Assembly: GCA_034780895.1 (NCBI GenBank)
Contig: JAUZTB010000072.1
Span: 3,893,683-3,957,682, forward strand
DNA length: 64,000 nt
Source of the DNA: Rhynchobatus australiae
Taxonomy: Eukaryota
Direction: 5' to 3'
A model generated the notes under the pieces. That model was not told the origin of the DNA and searched no databases. It saw only the letters and a list, made by a program, of their open reading frames with translations. A program made the position numbers and the translations under genes. This document shows, piece after piece, positions 39,051-53,174 of the stretch (position 1 is the stretch's first letter; each line of letters begins with the position of its first letter).

Positions 39051-40249
39051 GTATATACTTCACTGCCAATGAAGTACCTATTAAACATGTAGGCACATTT
39101 GTAGTGTTGGGCATGTAGTAACCAATTTGTGTACGACAAGGTTCCATAAATTGTAAACACATAATGATCAGTTAATTTGTTTTGTGTTCAGCTGGAGTGT
39201 CAGTCTGGATTTTGCGTTTAAACATTTCTGGAGAGAGATAAAAGGCTTCTTAAATTGACAGGATGTAGCTACATCTTCTGTCGGGGCTTCATTTGTTTCT
39301 TTTCACCTTCATAAATTATTTGAACCAAGGCATAGAGGGAGGAATATCAATATATACTGAAGTCACCAAATTAGACCCATGCTAGATTGAAGAAAGATAC
39401 TTTAAGGACACAGAGACTAAAGGGTGCGAGTGGGCAGTTATGAGGCATGTCTTATAAATCCAAATGGTATCCAGTGAGAGAACAAAACTACACAAATTAT
39501 AAACCTGCACAGCAGAGGTCTGAAATGTTTGCAACAAACCTGGAAAATTCCGGGTTCATGTACTCAAAAAGCCAAAATCTTCAACTACTCATTTAAAATT
39601 CTTTTCAATTTAATCTGAAAGCAAAAAAAAACTTCAGATGAATATTATGCTATTTATACCACTTGCACTATAATCACCCTAGAGGCTACTGTCTGGTATG
39701 TGATCTCTTCAGATTACACAGATTTTATTTCAGTAAAGTTTCTACTCCAACTAAAACAGACCTCAACCAACTAAACAATGAATTTCTTTCACCTCAGAAT
39801 CATCGTTGATTATGGAAGGAAGATCTTAATTCCATTGTCTATGAAAACCCTGTTGGGAATTTATTACCATTTTGATATTGTTTTATTCTTTGAGAATNNN
39901 TTAGCAATGCCAAAATTTGAACAGAAATTATTTTGTTAGAGCAACTTGATAATAATATTTGTATCCTCATTAATTATTCCTCATTGATTAATGACAGCAA
40001 ACAGGCTGCATTAAAACAGAATTAAAGTTTTATCAGTATTAATTTATAAAATGCTCTTACAGATAACGGTAGGGTACATCATTATTGTGCACCTATTAAA
40101 CAGGCCGATTCCAGAGCACTAGCATTTCCTATTCTGAACACAGAATTTCACAAATATTAAATTCATTGCAAAATAATTCTACAAATCAATGCTTACTTTA
40201 ACATATTACAATCACATGAGCCATGTATGGTAGCACTAAAACTGAGAGC

Positions 40250-40900
40250 AGGTCCTGAAGACTTTGGTAAGGGGAGCAAATCAGCAAGAACTAGGTTAAT
40301 GGTTAATGGGACTTAGTGCGAGACAAAATGTGCAATATTTTCTTGATTAAGTTTCAGCTTCTGAGATCTGGAGCAGGAAGGTTCTAGACGTGATGAGTTT
40401 TGAGGAGATGAAGGCGAGGATAAAGATTTTAACTGAGGAAAGTATGGAGACAGGTAATATTAAATCAAACATTAATTAAGGAAGAAGTCAGCCACTGGTT
40501 GTGAGGTGATGAGGAGTTTTTGTTTTAAAACCAATGGATTGTAGCGCAATAAGTTCAAGGGGAGATGAGGAGTTTCAGGATCTTGGGAAAGAACGAGTTG
40601 GCTTGGGAGGTAAGTTTCAAAAATGTGACAATTGGGATAAGGAAATAAGAAGATAATGTAGGATGTGTTTGGAGTTAAGAGGCTCAATGTCACTTGCAAT
40701 TTACAGTGTGAGGCAGAGTTAAATTCTCCACTTCAAGGAAATCGTTATTTCATGTTCGAACTGAAAATTAGGCAAGAAGGTTTAAACAGCAATACTTTGT
40801 TAATTAATGGCATTAAAAAAAATCACTTCAGATTAATTTCATGTAATTTGAAGCAAGTATCAGTACTCTTGAAATTTTGAGTCAGTCATACCGATGGAGT
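40250..40900 (-). mobile_element. Decayed L2-like LINE fragment
   Basis: Purine-rich plus strand with motifs resembling antisense elasmobranch L2 ORF2; heavily degenerate. Confidence 0.4.
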
Positions 40901-41769
40901 TAGCTTGCTATCTTACTGCCAAGCACTATTGATGACTTTTCTCCCCCAAAGTCTATCTTCAGACTTGCACTGACCATTATGATTTGTACTGTATAGTTCG
41001 ATAAAGAAGCTAATTTATTTCTCATTATCCAATTCTGACAGAGCCATCACCTAACACATTAACTTAATTTTTTCCCCTCTCTGGATGCTAGTATTCTTGC
41101 TATGCATTTCCAGCAATTGCAGTTCTTATTTGGGATTTCAACTGGATATAAATTCAAATAACTTTACAACATAATGCACATTCAATGCTAGTCTCTTGAT
41201 ACCATCTGTTTTAGCTGTGTACACACAGCTCAGAGAATAAATCATTGTTTTTTTAATATAAAGAAACTTATACATCTGTAGTAACATATGAAACAAAATC
41301 TGCCAAAACACTATAGTTTCATCACTACATACATTCTCCTTTTGTTGAGTAATGGAACAAGGAACAGAAAACCTTTCTTGCCAAGGATTAGGAGCAGAGA
41401 TACTGAGAATGACGGTGATGATCTACTTATAATGCACTGCAATCTATAACAGTGAACTCTTTGGGTGAGGTTTTAATTTAAGCACCTCATCGTGACACTG
41501 TTAAACCTTAAATTGATGGAGAGTAATACGGATGAGTGTAAAATCACCACTCTGCTTAGTGCCCAGGGCTTCTAAACTAACAAGTTAGAATACAATAACT
41601 CCCCATGTCAGGTTGTAAAAAGGCCACACACTACCCAGTTGTGGGACAAGGTCCACAACACTGTAACAACAAAAACAAAATCAGAGATACTATTGCCTTT
41701 TAAGTCATAATTTACAACACTATTTGCTGTTTGTCATCTCTTTCCAAGTGGCTGGAGAACGTTTGCATT

Positions 41770-42062
41770 ATATTGTATTTCCTTACAACATAGAAGACCA
41801 CTTGTTTTCTTCTAACCTGTTTTCTCTCACATGCCCATTAACAACTACCTCGATCTTCCCACCAGTCACCTACACCAAGGTAATTTACAGTAGCCAATTA
41901 ACAGATACATATACAGGTAATAACCAGTACATATTTGGGACATGTCTACAAAACCAGAGCATCCAGGGAAAACCACGTGGTCACAGGAAAACATGGAAAC
42001 TCGTCAAAGACAGCACCAAGAAGCGAGCGTCACCTACACTAACTGCTGTGCCACAGTGCCAG
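41770..42062 (-). mobile_element. Decayed V-SINE
   Basis: Reverse V-domain aaaccagagcatccagggaaaaccacgtggtcacaggaaaacatggaaactc; head end ctgtgccacagtgcc; shares cacctacaccaagg(t/c)aatttacagtagccaattaa with 56670-56705. Confidence 0.75.
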
Positions 42063-43109
42063 CCTATTATACACAGATCACTGCATGGGAATCTCGACAC
42101 TAAGCTACTGAACCCACCATGTACCAGNNNNNNNNNNNNNNNTAATCCTTGAGTCATAACAAATACTAGGTTATGTCACTGTATTGTCTGTTGTCTGATA
42201 ATAGATGGATGTTTAATGTTGGGGTACTTTCAGGTTTGAAACGAATTGAAAAAAATACCACAGAACTTGAGTGATGTTAACATCTAATTAACTTGTTACA
42301 GCTTATGCTTCAACAACATTTATGATTAATATTCATGAATTTCTAAAACCTCCTGTAAAATCTAGCCAAGTAGCATTATGATATGAAGTTCTTCAAAAAA
42401 AAGAAAACTCCATTTGATCATTGTGGTTAAATATCATTGTATGCAGCTAACACAGATTATTATTCTGAGTTCCAGATGAGACCAGTTGAGCATTTTTCTT
42501 GCCGAGAGCTACCAATTTTCAATAAAGTATACAAGCGAAATTTCAAATGGCAATCAACCAGCTTACACAGCTAACAATCCTGAGCACTGCTGACAGACTT
42601 CGAAGCGAATGGTNNNNNNNNNNTGAAAGCAAATTTTGATTACTGATGGATTCAAAGTATTTCCAAAATAAACCACAATGAAAATCTGCAGCACGTTACT
42701 CAAGCTGCTTGAAAGATGAATCAGGTGATTGACTGAAACCATACTTCTATTTTAATGCTTTAGGAGCGTTGCAAAGTTGTTGGTGCTCAAGGGCTTCAGA
42801 GCTCTAGTTAGATTAACAATAACTTCTGCATGTTTGATTCTGATATAAATATTAAGTTCCAGAACCACCATTATCATTGGACGAATCCAAGTACTATTAT
42901 TCAGTTGTAATATGTATCAGTATTAGTTGGCATAAAAATGCATATTCAATTCATATGGTCTGTTTGAGTGGCTGGAAGGTTTTTAAAATTGAGGATGCTT
43001 TCCTCACACTTTTAAATAAAAGAGCTATAAATCCCAATAATATCAAGCAGCACAAAAAATTCAAATGCCATCATGGAGGTTTCAAGTTAGTAAATTAGTA
43101 AAAGTCGCT

Positions 43110-44155
43110 TGACCATCGAGGACAGAGGGTAGTAGTGAAGTGGTGTTATTCTGACTGGAGGTCTGTGACCAGTGGTGTTCCACAATGATCAGTGGCAGAA
43201 CCATATTGGATGGAAATGTAGGTGGACTGATTAGCAAGTTTGCAGGTGACACAAAAAATGGTGAAGTTGTGGATAGTGAGGACAGCTATCAAAAGGATTC
43301 AGCAGGACGTAGACTAGTTGGAAATGGGGCAGAGAAGTGGCAGATGGAGTTTAATGTGGGCAAGTGTGAGGTGTTGCACTTTGGGAAATCAAATGCAAGA
43401 GGAAAGCACACAGTAAATGGCAGGACCCTAAGGAGCATTGATGTACAGAGGGCTTGGGGTGCAAGTCCATAGCTCCATGAAAGTGGCAACACAAGTGGAT
43501 AGGGTGGTAAAGGCAGCAAATGGCATATTTGCTTATATCAGTTGGGACATTGAGTATAAAAGTTTGTAAGTCATGTTGCAGTTGTGTAAAACTTAGGTTG
43601 GGGCACATTTGGAGAATTGTGTGTAGTTCTGGTCGCCACATTGCAAGGAGGATGTGGAGGTTTTGGAGAGGAAGTAGAAGAGTTTACCAGGATATTGCTT
43701 GGATTAGAGAGGATTAGCTATAATGAAAGGTTGTGCAAACATGGATTGTTTACTCTGGAGCATCGGAGGCTGAGAGGTCAACCTGATTGAAGTATATAAA
43801 ATTATGAGATGCATAGACGGGGAAGATGTTCAGAGTCTATCTCCCAGGATAGAAATATCAAATACTAAGGGGCACCACTTTAAGGTGAGAGGGGGAAATT
43901 TTAAAGGAGATTTACAAGGCAAGCTGTTTTACACAGAGTGTATGTGCCTGGAATGCAAAGCCAGGGGAAGTGATGGCAGCAGATACGATAGCAACGTTTA
44001 AGAGGCATTTAGAGAGGCACATGAACAGGCAGGGTACGGAGGAATCTAGGACACATGCAGGCAGATGTGCAGTTTAAATCGGCATCATGGTCGGCAAAAA
44101 CGTTGCGGGAAAAATACTGATTCCTATGCTGTGCTGTTCTATGTTTTATGTTCTA
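43110..44155 (+). mobile_element. CR1-type LINE 3' fragment
   Basis: ISKFAGDTK, WQMEFNVGKCEVLHFG, TKGHHFKVRGG; tail ctgtgctgttctatgttttatgttcta. Confidence 0.92.
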
Positions 44156-44444
44156 AACCAGAGTTGGATGAAACCTTTACGACATCTTTGGGAAGGTACA
44201 ACAGTTTTGGTCACTGGTGGCCATTCTCCAATCCAGACAACAGGGTTTCCATCCAAGCCAACCGTCTGCCCCTCTCCTGAGATTACATTCATACTTGGGC
44301 ATTCCTGAAGAGAGAGCACACAGTGCCTGCTGTCTTGCTGGAAGGCCTTCTGGAACCAGAGGCACTACAGGAATTACAGTGCAACTTAGACACCAAGGAC
44401 AGTACTTTAACCGTATGTTGTTTAATGCTGTAAATAAAATTATT

Positions 44445-45120
44445 ATAAAATGGAAAGTAAATATACAATAAATGGTAGGATATTAAGTGTTGTGGAGGAA
44501 CAGAGGAACCTTAATGTTTGTCCACAAGTTCTTAGAGGACACATTAATGAGGTGGTTAAAAAGGATGACTCTCTTATTCAGGCAAGAATACAAGAGAAGG
44601 GAGATGATACTAGAATCGTACACAACACTAGTTAGACAGGAGCTTGACAACTACGTCCATCTCTGGGCACATTTCAATAAACATATGACTGTGCATGAGT
44701 GTGGGCATGAGATTTAAGAGGATGCTTCCAAGATTGCAAATTAACAGCCCAGAGGTAAGCTGGGGCTGTTTCCTTTGTGGCTCAGCAGAAACTTAATTGA
44801 GGTGTATAAGCTTATGATAGAGTAAACAGGAAGGGCCAAGAGGCATAGATTTATAGTAACTGGTAAAGGATTAGAGAGGAGATGTCCCCCCCCCCCCCCC
44901 CAATCAGAGTGGACGCAGGGGATAGCAACTCACTGTATAAAAGGGAATGCAGGCAGAAACCCTCGTCACATTTAATCCGTACTTTGATGTGTACCTGACT
45001 CTTTATGACTTGCAGGGTTGAGGACTTCATGCTGGAAAGTGGGATTTGGCTTGGTGGGCTTTTCAGAGGACCACATACGATAATAGGCTGAGTGTCCTCC
45101 TGTGTCATAATTTTTTTGTG
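44445..45120 (+). mobile_element. Decayed CR1 3' fragment
   Basis: YTINGRILSVVEEQRNL and YTTLVRQELDNYV remnants; CR1 tail. Confidence 0.75.
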
Positions 45121-46771
45121 ATTCTTTTACACTGATCAATAGCAAATTATTTTCTAAATTCTGAATACTCACAAAAACAAATTGAAGATACATTTAACAG
45201 CCACTCTTTACTGCTGTTGCAGTTATACATTTATCCCAGCTCCCTGCAACCCTGTCCCCTTCACTCCCTCTACCCTTTCATAAAGCAAGCACGTTCGAGG
45301 TAAATTAAAAGCCACTTTTACNNNNNNNNNNNNNNNNNNNNNNNNNNNNNNNNNNNNNNNNNNNNNNNNNNNNNNNNNNNNNNNNNNNNNNNNNNNNNNN
45401 NNNNNNNNNNNNNNNNNNNNNTACATAATCTGTAATGTAAATGGAATGTAACGTGGAAAAAGTCAGAGGAAAAGAGTTATGAATATCTTCCAGAAATATA
45501 ATTATGTGAGCATCTTATCTCCAATATGTATGTTTATGCAAAACTAGCAAAACCAAAGTTGCCCAACATGGAAAGTATTAATTGCCGTCGATGAACCAAT
45601 GTGCAGCTAGCATTTCCTTCAATACAGCCTCTAAGAAAATAATTTTATTAAAAACTTAGAAAATGTTAAATTGAGTTTAATTTTGAAAAATGAAAACTAG
45701 ACACAAGCTTATTGCTTATCACAAGCTACCGCCCATCTCTGAATTACCAGCAAAGTTATTCGTTCTCATCTATAAGAGATCATTAAGTTAATTTTTTTAG
45801 GCGGAACATAAAAAAAGACCTCCAATTATAAATGTAGATACCTACTGACCTTGTACTGAGAGTTAATCAGAACTTAAAACTTGAGGAAATTCTTCTAAAA
45901 TACCAAAACCCAAACAAAAATACATAACACATTTCAAACAATGGAACTTTTAACCATGTAAAGAGTTGAGACATTTTCCAAATGTAAGTACATAATTCTC
46001 AAGAGAGGAAGAAAGGTTAGAAATCTGGTTAATATAAATGTAAAGGCAACATGTCCTGTTTTTAAAATCAACATTTCACTTACACAGCTGCTTTTATCAG
46101 TGTCTGTTTTAACAGTGAACACATTTTACTCATGTCCATCTTCCAGTTCAGATGCAGATATACGATTTGTAAATTTAAATATAGAACACAGGCAATGCTA
46201 CCAGTAACTAGCTTCACTTGGGCTGACGGTATACTGCCCTCAATGCAAAATCAACAGTGTATAATGGCATCATAAAATGGAGTAGAAACAATTCTGTACA
46301 ACTTTATGATGGGCAATATTCTACTGAATTACACTGCCAATTTTACACCATAAGCAACTCAAATTGTTTTTATGGATGCAACCTTCAAATGGGTATACAC
46401 ACTATCTTTTAAACCACAACTTCAATAATTACAAACTGGAATCCTTAAATTGTACCAGATTCTCTTTCTTGCTTCAGTTTGTGCAATATGGTGAATGAAT
46501 CCGGACATGAGTGGGCTACAATACAGGCTGCAAAGCATTAATCTTTTGCACACACTGGCTGATATTCCATTTCATTGGCTCCAATTGGGTTGGATAGCAA
46601 AAGGCAAAAGCAGTTCTACTTTGTTTAAAAATGTCCACTATGGTGTGCCAATTCACCTCCCAAACCCTGAAGAGTTTAATTATAATTAATTATTCTCCAG
46701 ACCTGCCAGTGCAATCAAAACTATAATACCCAAAATTCTGTGGTTGTTTTAAACAAAGCGGCTCTACTTAC

Positions 46772-46917
46772 CTAATTAATGATTCTAGAATTGCAGGACA
46801 GGGACCTTTCTGGAACTCCAGCTCTTTATAATGCAAAGCTTTGGCATATGCACGACATTTCGCTGCTCTTTCTCCAAGGAGGACGATGCCGTTATCATCC
46901 CTCAATGGTAGAGGCCC
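46772..46917 (-). CDS. MTOR: MTOR internal coding exon (exon 28 equivalent, start of FAT region), 146 bp
   Basis: catcag|GGG...ATT AG|gtaagt; translates [48 protein letters not shown](S). Confidence 0.97.
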
Positions 46918-47479
46918 CTGATGGAAATGAAGAAATTAGTCACCTTTCTCCCCCCTTCTTTTAGGAACATTTCTCCAAAACATCTGATATTATTGTTAAC
47001 AGGAATGAGACATGAGNNNNNNNNNNNNNNNNNNNNNNNNNNNNNNNNNNNNNNNNNNNNNNNNNNNNNNNNNNNNNNNNNNNNNNNNNNNNNNNNNNNN
47101 NNNNNNNNNNNNNNNNACATGAGACACAAGTACATGAAAATCGAAAACAAAACTGCTAATGGTGGAAATCCAAAAATGCTAGAAACACTGGGCAGGTCAG
47201 GCAGAATCTTCCATTTAATGCAAGCAGCAACCGTCAGTTGTGGAGGTGATTCCCTGCAGTGACTGCATGCAGCAACATTAGAAGCACAAGTTTTTGAAGT
47301 GCTCTCAAATGTCTTTGACAGATAGGTTTAATAAACTGAAGATAAAATTATTAAACAGATAAAAAGTAAATGTACAATATCTAAATATGCTAACAAATAA
47401 CTAATATTGAAATAAAGTAATGTAATTTAAATAGAGGCAGTGAATGGGGCTGTCATCATTACACTAACCAGCCTTGTCA

Positions 47480-48030
47480 TAAAGCTAAGGGGCTGAATGT
47501 AAAGTATACCTGGTCCCTCGTACCAGCACTTTAGTGTTTCACCACCACTCAGACCTTCAGGTTGTTAGTGGTTTCCAAGTGGATACCCAATAACCATTGT
47601 CCTTTATTATATTCCAGTCTATACTTATGCCTTTTAGGTGTTAGAAAGGCACAGGTATGGACTGGAATATAGTATTTCCCATGCACTCTATCTGAAACAT
47701 TGACTCCTTTCACCCCAGTCAAGGGTATAATGAAACATCTCTCAGACCCAGGACCTCTACTGTGTAGGAGGACAAAGGTAACAGCACTATCAGAGCACCA
47801 CCACCCAAAGGTTTTCTGCCAAACCGTGTGCCAACCTGACTTGGAAATATGTCGCGATTATATCATCACCAGGTCAAACTCCAAAAACCAACTGCATTCA
47901 CCCAAAAAACAGTGGGAGTACTTTCAACACACAAAATGCAGTGGCACAAGAAAGTATCTCACCACTCACTTCTTGAGGATAATTCAGACTAGGCAACAAG
48001 TATTGCCATTCCAGTAATGCCCCAGCACAC
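47480..48030 (+). mobile_element. Decayed 3' end of the 34690-37640 LINE family
   Basis: Similar order of motifs (caaggt...ggtatggactggaata, ctgacttggaaatat, ctcaccactcacttcttgagg...aggcaacaagtattgcc). Confidence 0.55.
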
Positions 48031-48329
48031 AAAGGGATATAAAACAAGAGCAAATCTAAAACAAGACAAAGAATTATTAATGCCAATAAAGAAAATATCA
48101 GCAGGTCAGTCAGTATCTGTGCAGGACTGGTAGAAATTAAATCAGTCTCTCTCTCTACGGACACTGCCCAACTTGTTAAGTATGTCAGGCATTTTTTGTC
48201 TTTTTTACCAGATTTGCAACATCTTCAGTTTTCGTACAAATAAGTCTAAATGGGTTTGATCATGCAATCATTGCCGGGAATTGATTACAGGATGATCAAG
48301 GTTGAGTTTTTGATTTTTAGCAAATATGC

Positions 48330-50640
48330 AAAAGATAAGTAGTCCTGATCACACAAGAGATAAAGCAAGCAGCAATAAAGCACTTAAGCCAGAAAATCAG
48401 GATGCAGAATCAGTTCTGGAGGAACCAGGAAACAGCAAGGGACAGAACATTCTAGTGGGAGAACATTATAGGTTCCCCAACAGTAATCATAGTGTCAGAT
48501 GAAATATACACCAAGAAAGTAGAGAAGGGTATTGTAATAAAATTTGGAACGTTGGTCTTAAACAAACTAGCAAAATAAGTTCGGAAAAGTACCTCAAAGG
48601 AAGAACTCATGGAATACATATGAGATCGTTTTGTTTAGGATAAACACATCGAGTAGCCAAATAGAGAACAGGCTACCAAATCTACCATGTTGTCATCAGA
48701 TAAGTCAAATTAGCCATTAGTGATAAAATACAGCATAATCTGAGAAAGAAGGCTAATTTTATAGATTTAACATTAAAACTACAAGTGAGATGGCTACGGT
48801 TGAATCTGAATTACAAGTTTAAACCAAGCAAATCATGGAGTTATGCGGAAGAGAGGGTGTGTGCAAGATTGGGAAATTAAATAATACAATGTAATGAGAG
48901 ATGTGAGCTGATGGACAGTTAAAACATATTAGAATTTCATTTGAGTAAAAGCTTCATTAGAAAAATAGTACAATATGGATAACTAGAGACAATAACATGT
49001 CAACAAGTTTGACAAAAGTTTATAAACTGGGAAGAGAAGTTTAAAATTTAGCAAAGAATGACCAAGATAGAGGAAAAAACAAAATGTGAGTGTAAACTAG
49101 CAAGAAAATAAAGCTGCAACGGCTTTCAGAAAAAAGAAATTAACAAAATATACAACTCTTTTAGAAACAGAGCCAAGAAAAATCCTAGTTGAGAGTAAAA
49201 TTGCAGAAATGTTAAACAAATATTTTGTATTTACCTTTTCAATAAGAACCATGGGGAGCCAAAGATTTAATGAATGGAAGCAACATCATAATAATATTGA
49301 TGGGATTAAACACTGACAAATTCAATGAACTGATGTACTACACACTAGGATTTTGAAAAAGCTGTCTGCAGAGCTAGTGGATGCATCAAAGTTGATTTTA
49401 GAATGGTACCCAAGGATTGGATACCATTCTAAAAGGTCAAAAAAAAGAAATAAAATACATATAAATATAGATGAGTGAGCCCGATGAGGAGTAGTAGGGA
49501 AATTGTAGAATTACTTAAGACATGGTTAGACTGCAGCCAGAAAGTCACTATAGGGTGATACAGAGTCAACAATGTTTTATGAAATGGAACTCACACTTCC
49601 CAAATCCACTAGAGATATGACAAGCAAACTGTGGGGTAAATAAGGGGAAAAATAATATATTTGGATTTCCAAAGACATTTGATATTGTAAACAAGATCAA
49701 AACATCAATCTGTCTTATTATCCAAGTATAGATTAACATTTGGTTAACAAACAGAAAACAATTGGAAATAACAGGTCATTTTTGGGATAGCAACTACTTT
49801 TAATTCGCACTAATGACAAATGAGTGCTGAGGGCAATGTATCCAAGGTAATACAAAGCTAGAAGGCAAGCTAAGCTGTGTGGAGGACACAGAGGCTGCAA
49901 AGAAATCATGGACCCATTAAGCAACTAGACAACAAGGAAGCAAGTGGTATAATGTGGGAATGTGAGAAGTCGTCTATTTGGTAGGAACAGATTTTTTTTT
50001 AAGTAATTTTGGCATTAATAATTGCCCAAATTCAGAAGATTTTTTTAACTGTACTTAATGACTGATGGTATATTAAAAAGCAGGTATAGCAAGTGACAGT
50101 GACATCAAAAGGCATGTCAAGCTTCACTGTAAGTGGATTGGGAATATAACAGTAAGGAAGCCTTACTATGATTCTATGAGGCTTTGGTGAGATCTTACCT
50201 CAAGTACCAGGCATAGCTCTGGTTTCCTTAATTATCCTTGCCTAAGAGGGCATGCAACAAAAGTTCACCTGATTAGGATAAGGGGAGTTTGAGCACAAAG
50301 GGGAGTTGAGTTCTGGAGTTTCAAAAAATAAGATGCATTCTCAAAGAAATGTACAAGATCTTTACAGGACCAAAGCACAGATGGTGGGATGGTATTTTCC
50401 CTGGCAGGATGGTCTACAACTAGGGTCTGTGGCTTCGGGACAAGGTCAACAATTTAGGAGTGAAGAAGGGAAGATGCATCTTATTCAGTGTGTGGAGAAT
50501 CTTAAGAATATCCCATCTCTGAGGACCGTGAGCATTTTCACAAAGAGAATTGAGGCATTTGGAGATAGGGGAAGAGGAGAGTTATAAAAATTTTGCCATA
50601 GTCTTATTGAATAATGGGGCAGGCTTTGAGATTCTCCATG
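48330..50640 (+). mobile_element. Long, old CR1-type LINE remnant
   Basis: YLDFQ.AFD-like (49657-49685), cagagtcaacaatgttttatg (QHGF-like) and ctttggtgagatcttacctcaagtacc (LVRPHLEY-like) remnants; tail. Confidence 0.68.
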
Positions 50641-50928
50641 CTTCACTCACTACACCACTGTGCTGCCACTATTTTGGTAAATTTTTAGAATTTGATTCGG
50701 CCAAGTTCATCATCTCTTTCAAAATTCAAAAAAAAACTGCAGACTCTGGAAAGTTGATATAAAACAGAAATTGTTGGAAGCACTCAACAGGTGATGCAGC
50801 GTGTGTGAAAAAAGAAACAGATTTAACATTTCAGGTCCAAGAACCTCTTCGCTTCACTTTCCAAAGATACTGCTGGACCTGCAGAATGTTTCCAGCATTT
50901 TGTGTTCTTGTTTTAGCTTCTCTTTTAC

Positions 50929-51091
50929 CTTGTCACTGTGCTCCATGAACTCTGCCAGGTTCAGCAGTGTTTGTGTGACTTCAGCAATGTCCTGAGAAAT
51001 TAAAGCTTGCTCAATACTTCTGATCAGCTCATCTTGCTGTGATTCATGCAGCTCTGACCAACAGGAGAGGAAGGCTGCATTAAACAAGTCC
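50929..51091 (-). CDS. MTOR: MTOR internal coding exon (exon 27 equivalent), 163 bp
   Basis: tgcag|G GAC...AAG|gtaaaa; translates (R)[54 protein letters not shown], visible in ORF 50854..51111. Confidence 0.98.
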
Positions 51092-51887
51092 CTGCATAAG
51101 AAGAAAGTCAAAAATATTAGTATTTAAAAATGAAACCAAATTATCTGCTTGTTTAGATAAAAATATTTCTCCACTATAGAAAAAGAAATGAAAAGTTATC
51201 TGAAATATGAACTGTGGCTTTAATCAAGCACATTTCTCATCTCATACTTACTGCAACACAGGAGGCCACCATTTGGCCCATCAGTTCCAAGGGTAGCAAT
51301 CCCACTAGTTTGACTATCCTTTTCCCTGTATCCTTGCAACTTTATTGATGACTAATTTACTTTCTTCTTACTGTGGGTACTGTGTAGCTTTTGATTACTG
51401 TCCAATGTAACCATTCTCCAGGTAGAAGTCTGGTCAGTGAACATTAGCAGTTTATTCAACAACGAATGGCAGCATCAAGGCTGGATCTGATCCAGACTTT
51501 TCACCAGAAGCAGGACTTCAATCGTGGTTTGGAAACTCTGCCATATTTTTCTCAAAAATGAAACCAAGGTTCATTGCATTCCACAGATTGAACCTCCAAC
51601 CCTCTACTAACTAATTTTGGTTTAATTGAAAAAGTCAGTGCATAAAGACCAGCCAAATTGCCTCGGGTTCAATAGCATCAGGAACCTACATAGGTGTTTA
51701 ATTTATTGCCTTCTTGTATGAAGTGAGAAGACTTAAAACCTTGAGGACATCCTTAAAACATTTTCTCTGCACTCCTATGATGTGCATCATAAGAAATATC
51801 ATGACATTGATAGCTGAACAGTTGTTGATGGTCCAAATATTTAAGATCTATAAATTGGCAATAAATAACTAAAATTAGAATTTTTAC

Positions 51888-52030
51888 CTAGCTAAAGGGT
51901 TGTAGGCCTGAGCTAGTGACCAACATGAACGGAGTGCAGGTGACGGGGATTCTTTTAGTAATTCCACACTTAATCGTCTCAACCACTCCATCCAGTCATC
52001 TTTAGAAACTCTCCTGGCCGCTCCCCATGC
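51888..52030 (-). CDS. MTOR: MTOR internal coding exon (exon 26 equivalent), 143 bp
   Basis: tttcag|GCA...GCT AG|gtaaaa; translates [47 protein letters not shown](R). Ends phase 2, matching the next exon. Confidence 0.97.
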
Positions 52031-52499
52031 CTGAAAAAGAAATATAAAGTGCGAACAATTGTTCCTCTGTGAAACTTTGTTAAGCAGTTCACTACAGAAG
52101 CTCCAGCTTCAATTATTTAATTCATTATTGTGGTTCTGCTAAAATATCTGAATTTTACTAATGAAATAGCCTTTTGAAACACTAGCCAATATCAAAAATA
52201 AAGTGAAATGAAAGCATTACTGCCTGCTTCATAACAGTAGACAAAGGAATACCATATGTGTGTATTAAGCTTTCATCTGTTAATAATCACCAATGGAACC
52301 TTCTAAATCATTCAGCTTAAAACTATGATTTTTGGTTCTAATTAGTAACAGACATTTCCGTGGAAATTAATAAAGCATCAAATTGAAATGAAAATTTAAC
52401 CACTAAAATAACCGCTTCTATCTTATGTTACTGAATTACAGTTCATCTATTTCTTTCATTCTTATTTCAAATAGAGTTTAATTTTGTATATACGCCTTA

Positions 52500-52832
52500 T
52501 ATCAGCAGCCTGTCAGCCATAGTAAGCACTCTTGTTAGCTGTGCTCTCTTTTGGATGAAATGTTAAACAGGCCCATCAAATGGATTCAACAGCATTAATT
52601 TGAAGAAAAACAGTAGAGTTTTCCCTTGGTGATCTAGTCAGTATTTATTCCTCACTCAACTTTACATCAGCAAATAACAAGTTATTATCTAATTGTGGGA
52701 GATATACACAAATTGGTTGCTTCAATTCCTACATTAGTATAGAATTTACACTTCCAAAGTACTTTACAGGCTTTAAGATGCTTTGGGATGCATAAAAGGG
52801 GGCAAGAAATGTGCTATAAATGCTGCCTTTAT
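52500..52832 (+). mobile_element. Deu-domain SINE remnant
   Basis: ttttggatgaaatgttaaac...tttgaagaa...tatttattcctca...cacttccaaagtacttt...gctttgggatg...gctataaatgc core and tail. Confidence 0.7.
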
Positions 52833-53174
52833 GTTCTAAGGTCATGCAATGAACAAATTAGCAACAAACATCAATTTATGATTTTTAATAGCTTGATTTT
52901 AATAGAACTACATTCAAAATGCATCAGGTATGATCCCTAATGGCTAACATTCAAAGTCTAGTTTTTACTAAAAAGCCTACTTTAATGCCTCTCTCTAATA
53001 CCACAGAAGCAAATGCCAAGGTTTGCATCTTGATAAACAGTTTGTTGCTAATGTGTACAACAGGGAGTTCAAGGAAATCATTTTTATCCAGAGAATAATT
53101 AGGATGTACAACTCGCTAGTGCAAGAATTAATTAAGGCAATTATCATAAAATGCATTTTAGGGAATGCCAGGCA

